Shown here piece after piece: positions 46,016 through 55,687 of a stretch of 64,000 nt of DNA. Positions within the stretch are counted from its first letter, which is position 1, and each line of letters begins with the position of its first letter. A program made the position numbers and the translations under genes. Below the pieces are notes generated by a model. That model did no database searches and was not told where the DNA came from. It was given only the letters and a program-made list of their open reading frames with translations. The stretch lies in assembly GCA_963753435.1 (NCBI GenBank), contig CAVWCF010000001.1, forward strand, positions 832,001 to 896,000. Reading direction: 5' to 3'. This DNA is from an uncultured Actinomycetota bacterium. Lineage in GTDB: Bacteria; Actinomycetota; Actinomycetes; CAVWCF01.

Positions 46016-47377
46016 GTGACCAGCACCGCATCCAACCGCCGCAGCAGCGCTGTCGAGCGCGGCGACAGCGCTGCCTTGTTGGCTCGGGACCAGCGCAGTG
46101 TGTGGCACCCATTCACCCAGCACTCGCTGTGGCTTGACGACGACCCCCTGGTGATCGATCGAGCCGAAGGCATGTACCTGTACGACGCCAACGGCGACGC
46201 CTACCTGGACGGCTTCTCATCGCTTTGGGTCACCGTGCACGGTCACCGTGTGCCCGAGATCGATGCGGCCATCACCGACCAGCTGGCCCGGCTGGACCAC
46301 TCGACGTTCCTCGGCTCCACTCACCAACCCGGTATCGAGCTTGCGGAGAAACTGCTGGCCACGGCCCCGGCCGGCCTGGGCAAGGTGTTCTACGCCGGCG
46401 ACGGGTCATCGGCAGTGGAAGCGGCCATCAAGATGGCCTTTCAGGCGTGGGCCCAGCGCGGCCAAGTCCGACCCCGATACGTCCACGTCGCTGAGGGGTA
46501 CCACGGAGACACCCTCGGGGCGGTGAGCGTCGGCGGCATCGACCTGTTCCATCAGACGTACCGACCACTAATGCTGGACACGCGGATGGTGCCGTCCCCA
46601 GGGCTGCTGCAGCCGGGCCAGACTCGGGCGGAACGCGCTGTCGAGGTACTGGACCAGATGCGGGCCATCCTGCAGGCGGAGGCGGCGCAGGTGTGCGCCA
46701 TCGTCATCGAACCGATGGTCCAGGGCGCCGGCGGGATCCTCACCCACGACACCAGCTTCGTGCGCGGTGTGCGAGACCTCGCCGACGAGTTCGACACGCT
46801 GATGATCGTCGATGAAGTGGCAACGGGCCTGGGCCGCACCGGCGCCATGTGGGCGGTTGAGCACGCAGGGGTCACCCCGGACCTACTCACTTGCGGCAAG
46901 GGCCTGACCGGTGGCTACCTGCCACTGTCAGCCGTCTTGGCCACCGACTCGGTGTACGAGGCCTTTCTCGGCGCGGCCAACGCGGCGCGCACGTTCTTCC
47001 ACGGTCACTCGTACACCGCCAACCCGCTGTGCTGTGCCGCCGCCATCGCCAACCTGGACCTGATGAAGTCGCGCGGCACGGTCGCGCATGCGGCCGCCGT
47101 CGGCGAAGAACTCGGTCGACTGTTGCAGCCATTGGCGCAGCATTCAGCGGTGACGGAGGTCCGCCGCTGCGGAACCATGACCGGCATCGAGGTGGCAGCG
47201 GTTCCGGGATTGGACCGCACCGGCTTTGAGGTCTGTCGCGCGGCCCGCAGACGCGGGGTGCTGATCCGCCCCCTCGGCGACGTGGTCGTGCTGATGCCCC
47301 CACTGGCGATCGCCACAGACGAACTGCGCCTGCTTGTGGACGCCGTCACCGAGTCCGTGCACGAGGTCTGTCGGTGA
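46016..47377 (+). CDS. bioA: adenosylmethionine--8-amino-7-oxononanoate transaminase
   Basis: Motifs VWHPFTQ, SSLWV, YHGDT, DEVATG.GRTG, GKGLTGGY and HGHSYTANP. Confidence 0.94.
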   Translation: MTSTASNRRSSAVERGDSAALLARDQRSVWHPFTQHSLWLDDDPLVIDRAEGMYLYDANGDAYLDGFSSLWVTVHGHRVPEIDAAITDQLARLDHSTFLGSTHQPGIELAEKLLATAPAGLGKVFYAGDGSSAVEAAIKMAFQAWAQRGQVRPRYVHVAEGYHGDTLGAVSVGGIDLFHQTYRPLMLDTRMVPSPGLLQPGQTRAERAVEVLDQMRAILQAEAAQVCAIVIEPMVQGAGGILTHDTSFVRGVRDLADEFDTLMIVDEVATGLGRTGAMWAVEHAGVTPDLLTCGKGLTGGYLPLSAVLATDSVYEAFLGAANAARTFFHGHSYTANPLCCAAAIANLDLMKSRGTVAHAAAVGEELGRLLQPLAQHSAVTEVRRCGTMTGIEVAAVPGLDRTGFEVCRAARRRGVLIRPLGDVVVLMPPLAIATDELRLLVDAVTESVHEVCR

Positions 47378-48513
47378 GCCAACTGAACCGGCGTTTGACC
47401 GCTGCCGCCGCCGATCGCGAGGCCCGGGGCCTGACTCGCACGCTGCCGTCGCGGCGGCACTCCGAACTCGACCTGGCCAGCAATGACTACCTGGGACTGG
47501 CCACTGACCCACGTGTGGTTGCGGCCGCCGTCGAGGCCGCCCGGACGTTCGGCGTGGGCGCCACTGGATCCCGCCTGGTTACCGGAAACACGGAAATCCA
47601 CACGCGGCTGGAAACCGAAATCGCCTCGTTCGTCGGTGTCGAGGCAGCGCTGGCCTTCTCCTCCGGTTACCTCGCCAACCTCGGCGTCCTCAGCGCGCTC
47701 GGCGGCCCCGAGGTGCTCGTTGTGTCCGACGCCGCCAACCACGCGTCGATCATCGATGCCTGCCGACTGTCCCGATCGCCCGTGATCGTCACCGAGCACC
47801 GGGACGTGGCGGCCGTCCGGTCGGCCCTGGCGACGAGACCGCAGCCGGACGCACTGGTTGTCACCGACGCGGTCTTCAGCGTGGACGGGGACCTGGCGCC
47901 CTTGGCTGATTTGGGCGCGGTGTGCGCCGAGTTCGGGGCAACGCTGGTCGTTGACGAAGCCCACTCCCTAGGTGTCGTCGGCGATCTCGGCGCTGGAGCG
48001 GCTGTTGCCGCCGGCTTGTTGGACTCCGGAGCCGAGATCGTCTTGACCGCGACGCTGTCCAAGGCTCTGGGCAGCCAAGGCGGGGTCGTCCTGGGATCGG
48101 CCCAACTCATCGAACACCTGGTCAACACCGCCCGACCGTTCATCTTCGACACCGCCCTCGCTCCCCCAGCAGCGGCCGCGGCTGCTGCTGCCTTGGACGT
48201 GCTGCGCGCCGAGCCCGAGCGGGCCGGCGCCGTGCGCGCTGCCACCCAGCACGCCTACGAGTTGGTCGTGGCCGCCGGGTTCGCGGCGATCGCTCCGGAT
48301 GCTGCCGTCACCAGCGCAATCGTTGGCGACGCCGACCTCGCCCTCGCGGCCGCGGAGGCCTGTCGGGTCGAGGGCGTGCGGGTCGGCTGCTTCCGACCGC
48401 CGTCGGTGCCCGATGGGCGCAGCCGGTTGCGCATCACTGGCCGATCCGACCTTGGCGCCGCTGAATTCGACCAACTCAAATGCGCCCTGGCGGCCGCAAG
48501 GGAGTTGCTGTGA
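47374..48513 (+). CDS. bioF: 8-amino-7-oxononanoate synthase
   Basis: Motifs SNDYLGL, SGYLAN, NHASIID, VDEAH, TLSKALG and RPPSVP. Confidence 0.94.
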   Translation: MSQLNRRLTAAAADREARGLTRTLPSRRHSELDLASNDYLGLATDPRVVAAAVEAARTFGVGATGSRLVTGNTEIHTRLETEIASFVGVEAALAFSSGYLANLGVLSALGGPEVLVVSDAANHASIIDACRLSRSPVIVTEHRDVAAVRSALATRPQPDALVVTDAVFSVDGDLAPLADLGAVCAEFGATLVVDEAHSLGVVGDLGAGAAVAAGLLDSGAEIVLTATLSKALGSQGGVVLGSAQLIEHLVNTARPFIFDTALAPPAAAAAAAALDVLRAEPERAGAVRAATQHAYELVVAAGFAAIAPDAAVTSAIVGDADLALAAAEACRVEGVRVGCFRPPSVPDGRSRLRITGRSDLGAAEFDQLKCALAAARELL

Positions 48514-49238
48514 GCACGCTGGTCGTCACCGGGACCGGAACGGGTGTCGGCAAGACGGTGGTCACCGCCGCCATCGCCGCAGTGCTGACCGCTCGCGGCC
48601 GATCAGTCGCCGTGGTCAAGCCGGCGCAGACCGGTGTCGAGCCCGGCGAGCCGGGCGACATGGACGAGGTAACCCGGCTGTGTGGGCTGGGCAACGTGCA
48701 CGAGTTGAGCCGCTACCGACTGCCGCTGGCCCCAGCAGCCGCAGCACGGCTCAGCGGCACGGCAGCAGTCGACCTGGACGCCGCAGCCGGAACCATCCAA
48801 CGACTGGCTGCCGAACACGATTCGGTTCTGGTGGAGGGGGCCGGCGGACTGCTGGTGCGCTTCGACGACGACGGCCGGACCATCGCCGATCTGGCCCACC
48901 AACTCGACGCCGAAGTCCTGGTGGTGACCCAGCCCGACCTGGGCACCCTGAACCACACGGCGCTGACGCTGGAGGCCATGGCCCACCGGGGGCTGCGACT
49001 GGCCGGCGTGGTCATCGGCGCCTGGCCCGCCCATCCGGACCTGGCTTGCCGGAGCAACATTCGCGACCTGCAAACGCTGGCGGCCCGGCCACTTGCCGGC
49101 GCGCTACCGGCACTGGCCGCGGCCATCGGATCGCCGCCGGACTTCCTGCAGGTCGCCACCGCTGGACTCGCCCCGTCCCTGGGCGGCTCGTTCGATGCGG
49201 CAGACTTCGAGAGCACCTACCCACCCGTGGAGGAATGA
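48510..49238 (+). CDS. bioD: dethiobiotin synthase
   Basis: Motifs [22 protein letters not shown] and LGTLNHT. Confidence 0.94.
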   Translation: MSTLVVTGTGTGVGKTVVTAAIAAVLTARGRSVAVVKPAQTGVEPGEPGDMDEVTRLCGLGNVHELSRYRLPLAPAAAARLSGTAAVDLDAAAGTIQRLAAEHDSVLVEGAGGLLVRFDDDGRTIADLAHQLDAEVLVVTQPDLGTLNHTALTLEAMAHRGLRLAGVVIGAWPAHPDLACRSNIRDLQTLAARPLAGALPALAAAIGSPPDFLQVATAGLAPSLGGSFDAADFESTYPPVEE

Positions 49239-49239
49239 C

Positions 49240-50262
49240 TTGACCAGCACGCCGACGGCGCCAGCCGAGGTCGACGTACTCGAACACGCACGTGCGACCG
49301 TTCTGCGCGACGGTCTCGGGCTGGGCGAAGCGGACCTGGTCCGGGTGTTGCGGCTGCCGGATGACCGCGTCGGTGACTTGCTGCAACTGGCGCACGAGGT
49401 TCGCCTGGCCTGGTGCGGTCCCGAGGTGGAGGTCGAGGGGATCGTCTCCCTCAAGACCGGCGGGTGCCCCGAGGACTGCCATTTCTGCAGCCAATCCGGC
49501 CTCTTCGAATCACCCGTGCGCTCGGCCTGGTTGGACATCCCAGCGCTGGTCGAGGCAGCCCGACAGACGGCTGCCACCGGCGCATCGGAGTTCTGCATCG
49601 TCGCGGCCGTGCGCGGCCCGGACGAGCGGCTGATGGCGCAGATGCGCGAAGGCGTCGCCGCGATCCGGGCCGAAGTGGACATCAATGTCGCCGCAAGTCT
49701 GGGCATCCTCACCGCCGAGCAGGTCGACGATCTCGTCGACATGGGCGTTCACCGCTACAACCACAACCTGGAAACGGCCAAGTCCTACTTCAGCAACGTG
49801 GTGACTACGCACACCTGGGAGGAGCGCTTTCAGACTCTGGCCCTGGTCAGCGAGTCCGGCATGGAGGTCTGCTGCGGGGGCATCGTCGGCATGGGCGAGT
49901 CAGTGGAGCAGCGCGCCGAGTTTGCCACCCAGTTGGCTCAGCTGAACCCGCACGAGGTTCCGATGAACTTCCTCAATCCGCGTCCAGGAACGCCGTTTGC
50001 CCATCTCGACGTCCTGCCCGCCGCCGACGCCCTGCGGGCCATCGGTGCCTTCCGACTGGCGATGCCGCGCACCATCCTCCGTTTCGCCGGCGGCCGCGAA
50101 ATCACGCTTGGCGACTTGGGCACTCGCGATGGGCTCCTGGGCGGCATAAACGCCGTGATCGTCGGCAACTACCTGACCACGCTGGGGCGCGACGCCGATG
50201 CCGATGTAGAGCTGCTTCGGGATCTGCAGATGCCGGTCAAGGCGTTGTCAGACTCCATCTGA
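49240..50262 (+). CDS. bioB: biotin synthase (actinobacterial type)
   Basis: Motifs [22 protein letters not shown] and NYLTTLG. Confidence 0.95.
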   Translation: MTSTPTAPAEVDVLEHARATVLRDGLGLGEADLVRVLRLPDDRVGDLLQLAHEVRLAWCGPEVEVEGIVSLKTGGCPEDCHFCSQSGLFESPVRSAWLDIPALVEAARQTAATGASEFCIVAAVRGPDERLMAQMREGVAAIRAEVDINVAASLGILTAEQVDDLVDMGVHRYNHNLETAKSYFSNVVTTHTWEERFQTLALVSESGMEVCCGGIVGMGESVEQRAEFATQLAQLNPHEVPMNFLNPRPGTPFAHLDVLPAADALRAIGAFRLAMPRTILRFAGGREITLGDLGTRDGLLGGINAVIVGNYLTTLGRDADADVELLRDLQMPVKALSDSI

Positions 50263-50266
50263 TCCC

Positions 50267-51916
50267 ATGAGCCAACCCGCCGAGTTGCCCGATCACGGCG
50301 GAACGGCGGCGATCGCTGCCGCCGCGCAGGCCGGCGTGGACACGCTCTGGACTTTGTCGGGCGCTCACATCTTCCCGCTGTTCGACGCGGCCACCCGCGG
50401 CCAGTACCGCATGCGCATCCTCGACGTGCGGCACGAACAGACCGCCGTCTTCGGGGCGGAGGGTCAGGCCAAGTTGACTCGGCGCCCCGGCCTGGCCGCA
50501 CTCACGGCTGGTCCCGGCGTCACCAACGGGGTCTCCGCGATTGCCACCTCGTGGTTCAACGGTTCGCCGGTCGTCGTGGTCGGCGGCCGCGCGCCCCAGT
50601 TCCGTTGGGGCAGCGGCGCACTACAGGAACTCGATCACCCACCCATCCTGCGCGAGGTCACCAAGCTTGCGAGCACGGTGTCCCAGCCGGAACTGATCGG
50701 GCCCGAGGTGGCGGCGGCCTTCCAGTTGGCCACTAGCCCCCATCGCGGCCCGGTGTTCCTCGATGTGCCCATGGACCACCTCTACACGCCGGTGTCGGTG
50801 CAACCGATGGAAGTTGCCGCCGTCGCGGCCACCCCGGCCCCGCCGGAGGCCCTGGAACGCGCCGCTCGGCTGTGGGCCGCGGCAGAGCGGCCGGCCCTCA
50901 TCATCGGCTCGGACGTGTGGACCGGACGCGCCGAAGCGGCCGCCCTGAAGTTGGCCGAACTCACGCAGACGCCCACCATCACCAACGGGATGGGCCGAGG
51001 GGTGATCCCGGGGGGTCACCCCCTGCTGGCGACCCGTGCCCGCGCCACGGCGGTCAAGAACGCGGACGTGGTCGTCGTCGTCGGCACCCCGCTGGACTTC
51101 CGCCTCGGCTACGGCTCGTTCGGAAGCAAGCAATCACCGGCGACCGTGGTGCACATCGTCGACGACGAGAGCCAACTCGCCCAACACACCGAAGCGGTGG
51201 GACTAGTCGGCGATCTGGCTGCGACCCTCAATGCGCTGGGCGGACTCTGGCCCAAGCAGCCGAGGGTGGATCTGGAGGCCTGGCACCTGCTGCTGCGGGA
51301 TGCGGCCGCGGAGCGAATGGCCGCGGATGCGGAACTGCTGCGGGCGGATTCGGATCCGATCCACCCGGGCCGCATCTACGGGGAACTGCTGGCCCGCATT
51401 TCTGATGAGACGGTGGTCATCGGGGATGGCGGTGACTTCGTGTCCTTCGCGGGTCGATTCATCGAACCGGCCGCGCCGGGGCGATGGCTGGATCCGGGTC
51501 CGTATGGCTGCTTGGGCACTGGCCTTGGGTATGCGGCGGCCGCCCGGCTGACCTACCCAGACGATCCGATCGTGCTGCTGCTCGGCGACGGCGCAGCCGG
51601 CTTCTCGCTCATGGACGTGGACACCTTGGTTCGCCACCAACTCCCGGTCGTTCTGGTGGTCGGCAACAACGGCGCGTGGGGCCTGGAGAAGCACCCCATG
51701 CAGATGCTGTACGGATACGACGTAGCCGCAGATCTGCAGCCGGCGACGCGCTACGACGAGGTCGTGCGCGCACTCGGCGGCGGCGGAGAAACGGTGACCT
51801 CGCCGGAGCAGATCGGCCCGGCCCTGGACCGTGCGTTTGCCGCCGGGGTGCCGTACCTGGTCAACGTGATCACCGACCCAGCCGTGGCGTATCCGCGCTC
51901 GACCACCGGCATATGA
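50267..51916 (+). CDS. acetolactate synthase-like TPP enzyme (IlvG-like)
   Basis: Motifs TLSGAHIFP, DVRHEQTA, DPGPYGCLG and GDGAAGFS...NN. Confidence 0.88.
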   Translation: MSQPAELPDHGGTAAIAAAAQAGVDTLWTLSGAHIFPLFDAATRGQYRMRILDVRHEQTAVFGAEGQAKLTRRPGLAALTAGPGVTNGVSAIATSWFNGSPVVVVGGRAPQFRWGSGALQELDHPPILREVTKLASTVSQPELIGPEVAAAFQLATSPHRGPVFLDVPMDHLYTPVSVQPMEVAAVAATPAPPEALERAARLWAAAERPALIIGSDVWTGRAEAAALKLAELTQTPTITNGMGRGVIPGGHPLLATRARATAVKNADVVVVVGTPLDFRLGYGSFGSKQSPATVVHIVDDESQLAQHTEAVGLVGDLAATLNALGGLWPKQPRVDLEAWHLLLRDAAAERMAADAELLRADSDPIHPGRIYGELLARISDETVVIGDGGDFVSFAGRFIEPAAPGRWLDPGPYGCLGTGLGYAAAARLTYPDDPIVLLLGDGAAGFSLMDVDTLVRHQLPVVLVVGNNGAWGLEKHPMQMLYGYDVAADLQPATRYDEVVRALGGGGETVTSPEQIGPALDRAFAAGVPYLVNVITDPAVAYPRSTTGI

Positions 51917-52410
51917 GCGCGGTAGTGGTGCGGCCGGTGTCCGCCGGTGACGATCTGGAGGCCCTGGCCGAACTGACGGTCGCTGCGTACGCGGCCGGCG
52001 GCGCCCTGGACCCGGCCGGCGCGTACATGGCGACGCTGCGAAACACCGGTGCCCGGGCGCGGGAAGCGCAACTCCTGGTTGCCGAGCAGGCCGGTGCCAC
52101 GGTTGGCACCGTCACTGTTACTCCGCCGGGCAGCCCTTGGGCCGAGATCGGGCAACCATCGGAGTTGGAGTTCAGGTTCTTGGCCGTCGCCCCGGCAGCC
52201 CAGCGTCGCGGCGTTGGTGTGGCGCTGGTGGACGCGGTGGTGCGGATGGCCCGCGAGCGCGCTGATGCCGCCGTCGTCTTGTCTGTGCTGGAGAGCAACG
52301 TCGCCGGTCGCGCACTCTACGAGCGGCTGGGGTTCGCGCGGGTTCCGGAACGGGACTGGGTCCCTTGGACCCAGGTGAGCCTGCTCGTCTACTCGCTGGG
52401 CTTGGACTGA
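51913..52410 (+). CDS. GNAT family N-acetyltransferase
   Basis: Motifs LAVAPAAQRRGVG and LYERLGF.RVPERDW. Confidence 0.88.
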   Translation: MSAVVVRPVSAGDDLEALAELTVAAYAAGGALDPAGAYMATLRNTGARAREAQLLVAEQAGATVGTVTVTPPGSPWAEIGQPSELEFRFLAVAPAAQRRGVGVALVDAVVRMARERADAAVVLSVLESNVAGRALYERLGFARVPERDWVPWTQVSLLVYSLGLD

Positions 52411-52787
52411 AGCCGCTGCAGGAACCGGTCGCGGTCAACCGCGGTCCTGGTCACGACTCCGGACGCGAGGCGATTGCCATCACCGTCTTCGGCTCCCACC
52501 GTGAAGCGCAGCAGGCGGCCGTCCACATGCGCCAATACGGCGGAGGTGCGGACGGCCGTGCCCACGGGGCAGGCCCGCTCATGCTGCATTTCGATGCGGT
52601 TGCCGACCGAGGTCGAAGCCGCCGGCAGCGCCGCGGCGACCGCGGCGACCGTCGCGGCCTCTAGCCAAGCCAGCAACCGGGGCGTCGCCAATACCGGCAC
52701 ATCACCGCTGCCGAGCGCCTCGGCGGTGTCGGCTTCAGAAACAACCCATTCCAGGACCGCGGTCAGCCCGACGCGCATCTGCTCCAC
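52389..52787 (-). CDS. hotdog thioesterase (FlK-like)
   Basis: Motif DTA.ALGSGDVPVLATPRLLAWLEAA...SVG...H. Confidence 0.88.
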   Translation of the reverse strand: MEQMRVGLTAVLEWVVSEADTAEALGSGDVPVLATPRLLAWLEAATVAAVAAALPAASTSVGNRIEMQHERACPVGTAVRTSAVLAHVDGRLLRFTVGAEDGDGNRLASGVVTRTAVDRDRFLQRLQSKPSE

Positions 52788-52804
52788 GTGTCTACGGTAC
52801 GGCC

Positions 52805-52996
52805 GTGGGCGAAACCGAATCCGCGTACTGCGTTCACTGCGGCCGGACCGCAGACGCCGACCATGCGGCGTGTGCGCGTACCCCGGAGTTGGAGCCGCCG
52901 CGGTATTGCCCCCAGTGCGCCAGGCGCATGGTCGTGCAGGTGACGCCCAAGGGTTGGTCAGCTCGCTGCGTCGAACACGGTCAGCGGCACGGGTGA
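52805..52996 (+). CDS. bsaP: biotin synthase auxiliary protein (BsaP/Rv1590-like)
   Basis: LEPPRYCPQCARRMVVQVTPKGWSARCVEHG matches the Rv1590-type Cys/His signature. bioB lies 2.5 kb upstream. Confidence 0.85.
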   Translation: MGETESAYCVHCGRTADADHAACARTPELEPPRYCPQCARRMVVQVTPKGWSARCVEHGQRHG

Positions 52997-52997
52997 G

Positions 52998-54101
52998 TCA
53001 GGCGACCAATCCCAGCCGCCGCAGTTCCACGGTGAGGTCGTGCGGGCTGGTCGAGGCCTGCATGGCCGAGTCCAGGCTGATCACACCGTCGCGTAGCAGC
53101 GCCACCAGGTGCTGGTCGAAAGTCTGCATTCCGTAGAAGGCGCCCTCGGTGATCAGCTGCGGCAACGTAGACGTCTTATCCGGCTCGGCGATTGCCTCCG
53201 CCACACGCCCGGTGTTGATGCAAACCTCCATCGCGACGCAGCGCCCGTAGCCGTCGCTGCGCTGCACCAGACGCTGGCAGATGATGCCGCGCAGGCTGCT
53301 CGCCAGCGACAGCCGCACCTGCTTCTGCTCGTGCGGCGGGAAGAAGTCGATGATGCGGTTGATCGTCTCCGACGCGTCGGTGGTGTGCAGCGTCGACATG
53401 ACGAAGTGCCCGGTCTCGGCAGCCGCGAGGGCCGCCTTCACGGTCTCCATGTCACGCATCTCACCGACGAGGATGACGTCCGGGTCCTGGCGCATCGCGG
53501 CACGCAACGCAGTTGCGAAGTCCCCAGTGTCGACCCGCACCTCACGCTGGTTGATCATCGCCAGCTTGTCGTAGTGCAGGATCTCGATCGGGTCCTCGAT
53601 CGTGACTACGTGCACCTCTCGGTTCTCGTTGACGTGGTCGATCATCCCGGCCAGCGTCGTGGTCTTTCCCGAACCGGTCGGGCCGGTGACCAGGACAAGT
53701 CCGCGCGGCTCCATCGAGAGCGCGCTGAGCACCGGGGGCAGACCCAGATCGGTCAACGGGATGGCCCCGACGCTGACGCGCCGGAACACGATGCCGGCCG
53801 ATCCACGGGAGCGGAACACGTTGACGCGGAAGCGGCCCACGCCCGGCAACGAGAAGGCGAAGTCGGCTTCGTTGGTCTTGAGGAAGGTCTCGATCAGGTC
53901 CTCGCGCAGAACCTCTTCGACGAAGCGCTCGGTGTCCGCCGGGGTCAGCGGGTCGGCCTGCAACTTGCGCAGTCGCCCGTCAATGCGTACCCGCGGCGGT
54001 GACCCGACCTTGCAGTGCAGGTCGGATCCGCCGCTCTCGTTGAGAGCACGCAGGTAGGGCGCAATCGTCGGCTCGGCGGCCGCGCTCAGGTCGTCCGTCA
54101 C
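52998..54101 (-). CDS. pilT: type IV pilus retraction ATPase PilT/PilU
   Basis: Motifs SDLH, RFRVN, TGPTGSGKTTT, TIEDPIE, AMRQDPD, GEMRD, TLHT and GMQTFDQ. Confidence 0.93.
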   Translation of the reverse strand: MTDDLSAAAEPTIAPYLRALNESGGSDLHCKVGSPPRVRIDGRLRKLQADPLTPADTERFVEEVLREDLIETFLKTNEADFAFSLPGVGRFRVNVFRSRGSAGIVFRRVSVGAIPLTDLGLPPVLSALSMEPRGLVLVTGPTGSGKTTTLAGMIDHVNENREVHVVTIEDPIEILHYDKLAMINQREVRVDTGDFATALRAAMRQDPDVILVGEMRDMETVKAALAAAETGHFVMSTLHTTDASETINRIIDFFPPHEQKQVRLSLASSLRGIICQRLVQRSDGYGRCVAMEVCINTGRVAEAIAEPDKTSTLPQLITEGAFYGMQTFDQHLVALLRDGVISLDSAMQASTSPHDLTVELRRLGLVA

Positions 54102-54108
54102 AATCTGC

Positions 54109-54136
54109 TCATCGGCCGCCCGGGGCGGCGACTGAA
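54109..54136 (-). promoter_or_regulatory. sigma28 (FliA/WhiG)-type promoter of pilT
   Basis: Minus strand reads TTCAG-N15-GCCGATGA-N7-GTG. Confidence 0.78.
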
Positions 54137-54150
54137 GGCCTGAACCTCAA

Positions 54151-54369
54151 CTAGGGACCTAGGACCACCAACAGGTCGCCTTCCTGCACGACATCGCCCT
54201 CGTTCACAGCCACCTCGACCACCGTGCCACCGACCTCGGCCAGGACCGGGATCTCCATCTTCATCGACTCGAGGATGACGACCATGCCGCCAATGGGCAC
54301 AACGTCACCGGCCCCGACGACGACCCGTGCGACATTCGCGACCATCTCCGCCCGGAGTTCTTCAGCCAT
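54151..54369 (-). CDS. stand-alone biotin/lipoyl carrier protein (TB7.3-like)
   Basis: MAEELRAEMVANV...LESMKMEIPV. Confidence 0.9.
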   Translation of the reverse strand: MAEELRAEMVANVARVVVGAGDVVPIGGMVVILESMKMEIPVLAEVGGTVVEVAVNEGDVVQEGDLLVVLGP

Positions 54370-54421
54370 GCGTCCTCCCGTCGAATGCGCCGGGCCCCGT
54401 TCCGGAGCCGGTGACGGGAGC

Positions 54422-55687
54422 CTAGTGAGAGCCGCTACGGCGCCGGTCCAGCACGCGGCCGAGAGTTCGCACCACGGCTGGGTCGTAGTCGAAGGCCATG
54501 CCCAGCCGTAGGGCTTCCAGGGCCTCCGCTTGCCGGGACTGCTCGTTGCTGTCACCGACGGCATCGTCGTATGCGTTCACGACCCGCACGATCCGGCTGG
54601 CGATGCTCAGGTGCGGATCGTCGGCCTCGTGTGGCCGGCGGTAAGGATCGGATTGGCGCTCGACGATGTCCGCCACTCGGTCCAGGACCTTCGTCTGGCG
54701 GATGACCTCGGCACCATCGCGAGCGATCGCCGCCTGCACGTCCGCGGACTTCCACGACGTGGCCCCGCCGTCGATCGGCTCATCGAGGGACAGCTGGCCG
54801 ATGTCGTGCAGCAGCGCGGCGTACTCCAGGTCCCGCAACTGTGCGTCCGAAAGGCCCATCTCGGTGCCCACCGCTACGGCCAGGTCAGCGACGCGATGCA
54901 GGTGTCCCGTCTCGGTGTATCCGCCCAACTCCGTAACTCGGGATAGCGACCGGATGGTCTGCAGGTAGGTCATTCGGATCGTGGCGAACCGGCGGAAGGA
55001 GAACTGCGCCAGTAGCAGCGGCGCCCCGAACACGGGCACGGCCCACAGCCCGGTCACCGGGGCAGCCAACGCCATGAGAACGCCGGTGATGCCAATGGCA
55101 ACACCCAACGCGCCGGTGGCGCGCAACTCCTCGACCACGGCCCGGGCGAACGGTGCGTGCGCGCGCTCGGCACGAACCGCGGCGGACAGCAGCGCGTCCA
55201 GTCCGCCGCCGATGGCAACGACCGTGGCCATGATCAGTGCTTTGGCCAGGGGTCCCGACGTAGCCAGCAGATCCTGGACCGAGTCGGAGCGGAACCAGAA
55301 GGCGACCGTCGCGATGACCACGAGGCGGCGCGCCAGCCCGTCGGCATCCGGGGCGCGGCCGGTGACGATGTGCGGCAGGACCCCGAGTGCGGTCGCGCCC
55401 GCGGCGACGGCGACCACCTGCCACGCACCATGGGTCGCCGGTGTGCCCGAAACCGACTCGGTCAATGCGTAGCCGAGTGCCGCAGCGGTCCCAAGTGGTG
55501 CGGCCTCTCGGCCATTGGGCAACCAGATTCGAATGACTTCGCCGACCAGAATCACCGCGCCGAACGCGATCGCGACGCGGGGCTGCACCAGACCGCCGGC
55601 CTCGAAGACCACGACGAAGGCAGCGATTGCCAGCGAACCGGCCAGGAGAATCACCAGCGCGGCAAGGCGCGTGGGTCCGCTGATCAT
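54422..55687 (-). CDS. membrane protein with degenerate HD-GYP domain
   Basis: Multi-TM N-terminus. GH..RV and LHDIG are retained, but HHE and GYP are replaced by ERQSDPYRRPHE. Confidence 0.85.
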   Translation of the reverse strand: MISGPTRLAALVILLAGSLAIAAFVVVFEAGGLVQPRVAIAFGAVILVGEVIRIWLPNGREAAPLGTAAALGYALTESVSGTPATHGAWQVVAVAAGATALGVLPHIVTGRAPDADGLARRLVVIATVAFWFRSDSVQDLLATSGPLAKALIMATVVAIGGGLDALLSAAVRAERAHAPFARAVVEELRATGALGVAIGITGVLMALAAPVTGLWAVPVFGAPLLLAQFSFRRFATIRMTYLQTIRSLSRVTELGGYTETGHLHRVADLAVAVGTEMGLSDAQLRDLEYAALLHDIGQLSLDEPIDGGATSWKSADVQAAIARDGAEVIRQTKVLDRVADIVERQSDPYRRPHEADDPHLSIASRIVRVVNAYDDAVGDSNEQSRQAEALEALRLGMAFDYDPAVVRTLGRVLDRRRSGSH

